DNA from: a virus
Lineage: Duplodnaviria; Heunggongvirae; Uroviricota; Caudoviricetes
Strand: one strand, 5' to 3'
DNA length: 64,000 nucleotides
IMG/VR virus record: IMGVR_UViG_2671181136_000006
The notes below the pieces were generated by a model. That model was not told the origin of the DNA, searched no databases, and saw nothing but the letters and a program-made list of their open reading frames with translations. Shown piece by piece: positions 58,819 through 64,000 of this stretch (positions are counted from its first letter, which is position 1; each line of letters starts with the position of its first letter). The position numbers and the translations under genes were made by a program.

Positions 58819-59136
58819 TGGAGAGTTCCCTTTGCGTATATAATTATCGTCTGAAACAACTTGTTTTCTTATATGTGATATAGCCTAAATGCCTACGGCT
58901 GCGGTGTAAAGGTTAAATGGTAGGTTGTGATTAACAATTGGCAAACATAGCTTGTATTTGTCTGTTGAAAAAAGTAACAATGACCTCTATATTACAAGTA
59001 CGGTGATATGCCGTACACAATTTGATAATGCACACGTAATGGGCTATAGCCTTTTAAAGTAATTTTTGAGTCGAAAACTCAGTTTGAACAGAGGAGATTG
59101 ATGGCCTTCCTACATCACGGCCATCAGGAGGAATAC

Positions 59137-59406
59137 ATGTCAGCACTAAAAAAGCAGCGCATCGATTTGAGATTAACCGATGACGATAAAAGCATCATCG
59201 AGGAAGCTGCCGCAATGTCTAACCAGAGCATTACTCAGTTTATGGTTAGCAGTGCATCTGAACGTGCCGTGAAAGTTATAGAGCAACACCGTAGACTAGT
59301 TCTGAATGAAGAATCCTGGAATCTGGTTATGGACGCTATAAGCAATCCTCCGGCACCGAACGACAAGCTGAAACGAGCTGCTGATCGTCTGAAAAGCATG
59401 GAGTAG
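59137..59406 (+). CDS. ataR: RHH antitoxin of GNAT-toxin TA pair (AtaR/TacA-like, DUF1778)
   Basis: MSALKKQRIDLRLTDDDKSIIEEAA... closely resembles AtaR as recalled; AGGAGG SD 7 nt upstream of ATG 59137. Confidence 0.85.
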   Translation: MSALKKQRIDLRLTDDDKSIIEEAAAMSNQSITQFMVSSASERAVKVIEQHRRLVLNEESWNLVMDAISNPPAPNDKLKRAADRLKSME

Positions 59407-59413
59407 TTTACTC

Positions 59414-59935
59414 GTGGATAATATAAAGATAGAAATTTTCTCTGGAGAGAAAGATTATGATTTGAATGGTTTTGATTGCGGTGAAGAATCACTAAATGCC
59501 TTTTTAACCAACCACTTAAAAAGGCAGCATGAGGGAAAAATTCTTCGCGCTTATGTGCTTTGCACGAAAGAAGGCAGACCAAAAGTGTTAGGGTATTACA
59601 CTTTGTCAGGTAGCTGCTTTGAAAAGGAGTCCTTACCTTCAAGAAGCCAGCAAAAGAAGGTACCTTATCGGAATGTTCCAAGTGTTACTTTGGGTAGGCT
59701 GGCTTTGGACAAGTCCCTTCAAGGTCAAGGATTTGGCTCAATGCTTGTAACACATGCAATGCGCGTTGTGTACAATGCATCTCTTGCTGTAGGCATTCAT
59801 GGACTTTTCGTTGAGGCGTTAAATGACAAAGCCAAGGCGTTTTATAAAAGTTTAGACTTTATCCAGCTGGTTGGTAACAACGAGCGTTCTTTGTTCTATC
59901 CTACAAAATCTATCGAAAAATTGTTCGAAGAATAA
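59414..59935 (+). CDS. ataT: GNAT acetyltransferase toxin (AtaT/TacT-like)
   Basis: FDCGEE..N.FL..H, LGYYTL.GSCFE, SVTLGRLA.D.SLQGQG, GIHGLFVEALN.KA..FYKSL.F motifs near-collinear with AtaT as recalled; GTG start 8 bp after antitoxin stop. Confidence 0.9.
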   Translation: MDNIKIEIFSGEKDYDLNGFDCGEESLNAFLTNHLKRQHEGKILRAYVLCTKEGRPKVLGYYTLSGSCFEKESLPSRSQQKKVPYRNVPSVTLGRLALDKSLQGQGFGSMLVTHAMRVVYNASLAVGIHGLFVEALNDKAKAFYKSLDFIQLVGNNERSLFYPTKSIEKLFEE

Positions 59936-59966
59936 TGTACTCCCCTCAAGTGAGGGGAACTTCGCA

Positions 59967-60182
59967 TCACCAACCGCAAACTCTCTCTCCCATCGTATTG
60001 TGAAAAAGGATTTGGCGTTCGGTTTCTTCGGTCATCACATCATTATTGCTGATATAGATAGGCCCAGCTCCATCGCAGAACAATACGCTGGCGGTTTGTG
60101 GTTTAATGACGCACCCACTTATCATACAACTCACGATGAACGGCAGAAGCATCTTTCTGACGTATTTTATTGCTCGTCTCAT
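59967..60182 (-). CDS. o-spanin-like outer-membrane lipoprotein (Rz1-like)
   Basis: lipobox ...CMISGC, short Pro-containing periplasmic domain; overlaps 3' end of i-spanin ORF in another frame. Confidence 0.5.
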   Translation of the reverse strand: MRRAIKYVRKMLLPFIVSCMISGCVIKPQTASVLFCDGAGPIYISNNDVMTEETERQILFHNTMGERVCGW

Positions 60183-60354
60183 TCACCACTTCCACTGTGC
60201 TTTGAAGTCGTTTTCTGTCTTCCTGTTTTGCCTTCTCTTCCATTGCTCGTCGCGCCGCATTCCCGCCCATCGTGTAAGCGCCGACAAGAACGAAAAGAAC
60301 GGCAGCCAGCGTAATCAAAGCAACTTTTAGCTTTGTCATCAGGCTGCCTAGCAT
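60103..60354 (-). CDS. i-spanin-like protein (Rz-like)
   Basis: N-terminal TM helix followed by charged coiled-coil region; overlapped by o-spanin candidate. Confidence 0.5.
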   Translation of the reverse strand: MLGSLMTKLKVALITLAAVLFVLVGAYTMGGNAARRAMEEKAKQEDRKRLQSTVEVVNETSNKIRQKDASAVHRELYDKWVRH

Positions 60355-60355
60355 A

Positions 60356-60781
60356 TTAGACCATCCCTTTCTGGTGTTTTCTTACCTGCGACCAGGCAAT
60401 GAATCCTGCCACAACAATAGTGGCAATACCGAAGATGATGCGTACTGTATCCCCGCTAGAGATATGACCTTGTGCTTTATCCATAGCAGCGGAAACCTGC
60501 GGCATAACATCGGCCAGCTGCGCCAGACCAATACCTGCTGTAACAGTTGCGCCTGCGGTTTCTTTAGTTACAGGAACAGCCTTCACGGTTTTCACCGGCT
60601 TAACAACGCCAGCTCGACGCAGACCTTCCTCAATAACTTCTACCGCATACCAGGTGTTCAGCGTTTTTAGCGGGCCTCGGCCATTCTCGTGGCGAATGAT
60701 TGCCTCAACCAAAGGTCGAAGGATGTCGTAATCATGCAGATCGATGATCATGTCTGCGGTTACACCAACGGCTTTAGACAC
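60356..60781 (-). CDS. lysis-cassette protein with C-terminal TM segment, possibly N-terminally truncated by transposon insertion
   Basis: GTG start at 60781 sits 9 bp from the transposon IR; frame stays open 14 codons into the IR before a stop. Confidence 0.3.
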   Translation of the reverse strand: MSKAVGVTADMIIDLHDYDILRPLVEAIIRHENGRGPLKTLNTWYAVEVIEEGLRRAGVVKPVKTVKAVPVTKETAGATVTAGIGLAQLADVMPQVSAAMDKAQGHISSGDTVRIIFGIATIVVAGFIAWSQVRKHQKGMV

Positions 60782-60790
60782 CTCATTAAT

Positions 60791-60828
60791 GGGGGAACCG
60801 CAGAATTCGGAAAAAATCGTACGCTAAG
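60791..60828. repeat. Tn1721-type 38-bp terminal inverted repeat
   Basis: GGGGGAACCGCAGAATTCGGAAAAAATCGTACGCTAAG, near-identical to the Tn1721 IR as recalled. Confidence 0.85.
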
Positions 60829-60979
60829 CTAACGGTGTTCTCGTGACAGCTCTTTGACTAGGCTTTCTAAGGCCATTCTGATAGCCCTGACTTCCTGAAA
60901 AGCCATGGCTAAAATTTGTGCGGCTAAAAGGGATAACCGATGGTAAAGTAAGTTATCCCTGTCGAGATACTGAAAAGCG

Positions 60980-62557
60980 TTATCCTCGTTTTTCCCAAAA
61001 CTGTTTTGCCAGTTCGCTCAGAGCGCTAGTTAACTGAGCGACAGATTTCGCACTTTGCAAATTATTCTGCCCGGTCTGTACATTGGTATCAGCAGCATCG
61101 CGTATATTGATAATACTGCGGTTTATGTCTTCACTTACTGCTCCCTGCTGCTCGACCGCAGTCGCTATTTGCGCGTTCATGTCGGTAATTTCGTTAACGC
61201 GTTGGCCAATTCCATCAAGAGCTGTAGCTGCTTCCTCTGCGTGAGCTACACTCGTGTGCGCTTGCCGACTACTTTGCTCCATGACTGTAACAGCGGATTG
61301 CGCTCGCTCTTGTAGAGCGCTGATCATGCTTTGAATATCCGTTGTCGATTGCTGTGTGCGAGCAGCAAGACTGCGAACCTCATCGGCGACAACAGCAAAA
61401 CCACGCCCCTGCTCACCAGCACGCGCGGCCTCAATTGCTGCGTTGAGTGCCAACAAATTCGTTTGCTCGGCGATCCCTCGTATAACGTCAAGAACTTTTG
61501 ATATCTCGTTACTTTGACCTTCAAGCTCATGAATAACCTGAGTGGCTTGCCTAATTTCACCTTCAAGGGCAGTGATTGACTGGCTTGTGTGGGCTACCAG
61601 ACGCTGGCCAGATGCCGTCTCAGTGTCTGCTCTTCCGGCCGCATCTGCAGCATGCTGTGCATTGCTCGCAACCTCTTGAATGCTTGCCACCATTTGGTTT
61701 ACTGCCGTTGCTATTTGATCTGTCTCTGCCTGCTGCTCAACTGTAAGTACATTGCTTGACTCAATATCCTTTAGTAGGCCTCGGGTGTGTTCGCTAAGCC
61801 GATTTGATGCATCACCTATGCGACCTACTATGGCGCCTGTTTCAGCTTGCATCATTCGTAAAGCAAACTCTATTTGGCCAAACTCATCGGTGCGCCCAGT
61901 GTAGAGGGATTGACTTAATGGGTTATTGGAAATATTCCTGGCTCTTTCAACCAGTCTTCCAAGAGGAGAGAGAATAGCCAAAACACTAACAGAGCTTAAG
62001 CTTCCTGACATTAAAGTGGCTAACAATAAGCTGCTTATTGATGTATCAGTAAGCATGCCGGCAGCCATTGCGCTTGATATAATACTACCCCATATGAGCA
62101 AGAGTATTTTCACGGAAAAGCTAGCAGCCAATTTCGGCCTCGCGGCCTTCCCGCTTCTCAATTGAGCATATAATTTTTCCGCAGCCAAAACCTGCTCAGG
62201 TTCAGGCTTGGTCCTTACAGACTGGTATTCAACAATCGAACCATTCTTAGCTATTGGCGTTACATAAGCACTTACCCAATAGTGGTCGCCATTTTTACAG
62301 CGATTTTTTACTAGCCCCATCCATGAGCGGCCAGATTTTAATGTACTCCACATATGCTCAAATGCAGCAGGCGGCATATCTGGGTGTCTTACGATGTTGT
62401 GAGGCTGGCCTAATAGTTCTTCCTCAGTGAAACCACTGATTTTAATGAAGTCAGGATTAACGTACGTGATATGGCTTTGAGGGGAGGTAGTCGAAAGAAT
62501 ATTGGCATCTTTTGGGAGTTCTAAGTTTCGACCCGTCACTGGTAAATTCTGGCGCAT
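60980..62557 (-). CDS. methyl-accepting chemotaxis-like protein with N-terminal PAS domain (Tn1721 orfI-like passenger)
   Basis: Aer-like PAS N-terminus, TM region, highly conserved MCP signalling motif [37 protein letters not shown]. Confidence 0.85.
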   Translation of the reverse strand: MRQNLPVTGRNLELPKDANILSTTSPQSHITYVNPDFIKISGFTEEELLGQPHNIVRHPDMPPAAFEHMWSTLKSGRSWMGLVKNRCKNGDHYWVSAYVTPIAKNGSIVEYQSVRTKPEPEQVLAAEKLYAQLRSGKAARPKLAASFSVKILLLIWGSIISSAMAAGMLTDTSISSLLLATLMSGSLSSVSVLAILSPLGRLVERARNISNNPLSQSLYTGRTDEFGQIEFALRMMQAETGAIVGRIGDASNRLSEHTRGLLKDIESSNVLTVEQQAETDQIATAVNQMVASIQEVASNAQHAADAAGRADTETASGQRLVAHTSQSITALEGEIRQATQVIHELEGQSNEISKVLDVIRGIAEQTNLLALNAAIEAARAGEQGRGFAVVADEVRSLAARTQQSTTDIQSMISALQERAQSAVTVMEQSSRQAHTSVAHAEEAATALDGIGQRVNEITDMNAQIATAVEQQGAVSEDINRSIINIRDAADTNVQTGQNNLQSAKSVAQLTSALSELAKQFWEKRG

Positions 62558-62866
62558 AAGAACCTCAAGGGTTGGCTGTTTTATTTTATTGTTTTCGGCA
62601 TTAAGCCCAATTTCTTGAGCGTTACGATAAAGCTAGCATGGAAACGATAGGTGCAAGCAAGTTAAGGGTTGCATCGCGCATGTCAATCTAGGCTATACCC
62701 TAACTTGATGTCAGGCAGGGCCGCGCCGCTTCGTCAGAATAGAGTCTGCTTTCCCATTTTTTGACACATGCCCGCGAAGGTTATAGATTTCAGCCTGACA
62801 GAAATGGGCTTTGAGGCACAACGGAACAGAAAGTGCACTTAAGCCGCCTTCAACCAAGGAGACATC
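62558..62866. promoter_or_regulatory. res site / divergent promoter region
   Basis: between divergent orfI and tnpR; contains TGTCAGGC / GCCTGACAG inverted subsite-like repeats. Confidence 0.5.
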
Positions 62867-63427
62867 GTGCAGGGGCACCGCATCGGCTACGTCCGGGTCA
62901 GCAGCTTTGACCAGAACCCGGAACGCCAGCTGGAACAAACCCAGGTGAGCAAGGTGTTCACCGACAAGGCATCGGGCAAGGACACCCAGCGCCCCCAGCT
63001 CGAAGCGCTGCTGAGCTTCGTCCGCGAAGGCGATACAGTGGTGGTGCACAGCATGGATCGGCTGGCCCGCAACCTCGATGACCTGCGTCGCTTGGTACAG
63101 AAGCTGACTCAGCGCGGCGTGCGCATCGAGTTCCTGAAGGAGGGCCTGGTGTTCACTGGCGAGGACTCGCCGATGGCCAACCTGATGCTGTCGGTGATGG
63201 GGGCCTTCGCTGAGTTCGAGCGCGCCCTGATCCGCGAGCGGCAGCGTGAGGGCATCGCCTTGGCCAAGCAGCGTGGCGCGTACCGGGGCCGCAAGAAAGC
63301 CCTGTCCGATGAGCAGGCTGCTACCCTGCGGCAGCGAGCGACGGCCGGCGAGCCCAAGGCGCAGCTTGCCCGCGAGTTCAACATCAGCCGGGAAACCCTC
63401 TACCAGTACCTCCGCACGGACGACTGA
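62867..63427 (+). CDS. tnpR: serine resolvase TnpR
   Basis: IGYVRVSSFDQNPERQ with catalytic Ser, C-terminal HTH; near-identical to Tn21/Tn1721-subgroup resolvases as recalled; GTG start. Confidence 0.95.
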   Translation: MQGHRIGYVRVSSFDQNPERQLEQTQVSKVFTDKASGKDTQRPQLEALLSFVREGDTVVVHSMDRLARNLDDLRRLVQKLTQRGVRIEFLKEGLVFTGEDSPMANLMLSVMGAFAEFERALIRERQREGIALAKQRGAYRGRKKALSDEQAATLRQRATAGEPKAQLAREFNISRETLYQYLRTDD

Positions 63428-63430
63428 CAC

Positions 63431-64000
63431 ATGCCGCGTCGCTTGATCCTCTCGGCCACGGAGCGGGACACCCTGCTTGCGCTGCCGGAAAGCCAGGATG
63501 ACCTGATCCGCTACTACACCTTCAACGACTCCGACCTGTCGCTGATCCGCCAGCGACGCGGCGACGCCAACCGCCTCGGCTTCGCCGTGCAGCTCTGCCT
63601 GCTGCGCTACCCCGGTTACGCGCTGGGAACCGACAGCGAGCTGCCCGAGCCGGTCATCCTGTGGGTGGCGAAGCAAGTCCAGGCCGAGCCGGCGAGCTGG
63701 GCAAAGTACGGCGAGCGCGACGTGACCCGTCGCGAGCATGCCCAGGAACTGCGCACCTACCTGCAACTGGCCCCGTTCGGCCTGTCCGACTTCCGCGCCC
63801 TGGTGCGCGAGCTAACCGAGCTGGCCCAGCAGACCGACAAAGGCTTGCTGCTGGCCGGTCAGGCCCTGGAGAGCCTACGGCAGAAACGACGCATCCTGCC
63901 GGCGCTGAGCGTGATTGACCGGGCCTGCTCGGAAGCCATTGCGCGAGCCAATCGGCGGGGCTACCGCGCCCTGGTCGAACCACTCACGGACTCGCATCGG
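63431..64000 (+). CDS. tnpA: Tn3-family transposase TnpA, N-terminal part (truncated by window end)
   Basis: [44 protein letters not shown]... matches N-terminus of Tn21-subgroup TnpA as recalled; ATG 4 bp after tnpR stop. Confidence 0.9.
   Translation, partial: MPRRLILSATERDTLLALPESQDDLIRYYTFNDSDLSLIRQRRGDANRLGFAVQLCLLRYPGYALGTDSELPEPVILWVAKQVQAEPASWAKYGERDVTRREHAQELRTYLQLAPFGLSDFRALVRELTELAQQTDKGLLLAGQALESLRQKRRILPALSVIDRACSEAIARANRRGYRALVEPLTDSHR

Larger units (their letters stand above)
60791..64000 (+). mobile_element. Tn1721-like Tn3-family transposon, left portion (continues past window end)
   Basis: 38-bp terminal IR with EcoRI site, MCP-like orfI, res, tnpR, tnpA in the recalled Tn1721 order; GC content rises sharply from about 62700. 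Confidence 0.85.

Noticed and set aside
58819-59097. Iterated parS/parC centromere repeats upstream of parA
   Set aside because: No convincing direct-repeat array found by eye; only a single GTACGG-N7-CCGTAC palindrome and an upstream-motif copy. The centromere may be elsewhere or too degenerate to see without computation.
62711-63766. 351-aa minus-strand ORF (and 63654-63983, 63109-63384) across the tnpR/tnpA region
   Set aside because: Antisense to strongly supported tnpR and tnpA; the long open frames are an artefact of high GC content and have Ala/Arg/Gly-rich low-complexity translations.

Overview
Positions 1-60790 read as the backbone of a large phage-plasmid: a phage DNA-metabolism and replication gene set (organisation reminiscent of SSU5/pHCM2-like elements, assigned from memory, no search run) combined with a plasmid-type maintenance kit. 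Nearly all genes are on the minus strand in tightly packed, often overlapping operons. Recognisable products are RNase HI, two adenine methyltransferases, a DnaQ-like exonuclease, DHFR, thymidylate synthase, NrdAB, glutaredoxin, SbcCD, RecA, a flap endonuclease, DNA pol III alpha, a CobS/CobT-like AAA+/vWA pair, DNA ligase, primase and a DnaB-like helicase. The plasmid kit is an iteron-flanked RepA with a P1-like origin (DnaA box, GATC cluster), ParA plus a small partner, an AtaR/AtaT-type toxin-antitoxin pair and a tyrosine recombinase next to a lox-like 13-7-13 site. Four tRNA genes (Ser, Thr, Tyr, Asn) sit together on the minus strand. From 60791 to the window end is the left part of a Tn1721-like Tn3-family transposon (38-bp IR, MCP-like passenger gene, res, tnpR, partial tnpA), inserted directly beside an overlapped Rz/Rz1-like spanin pair. 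The most interesting unexplained signals are a palindrome dispersed at least 15 times upstream of genes, a second conserved upstream motif, a 60-bp element present twice, and an SpoT-like HD-domain alarmone hydrolase. All functional calls come from reading motifs in the translations; none was checked against a database.
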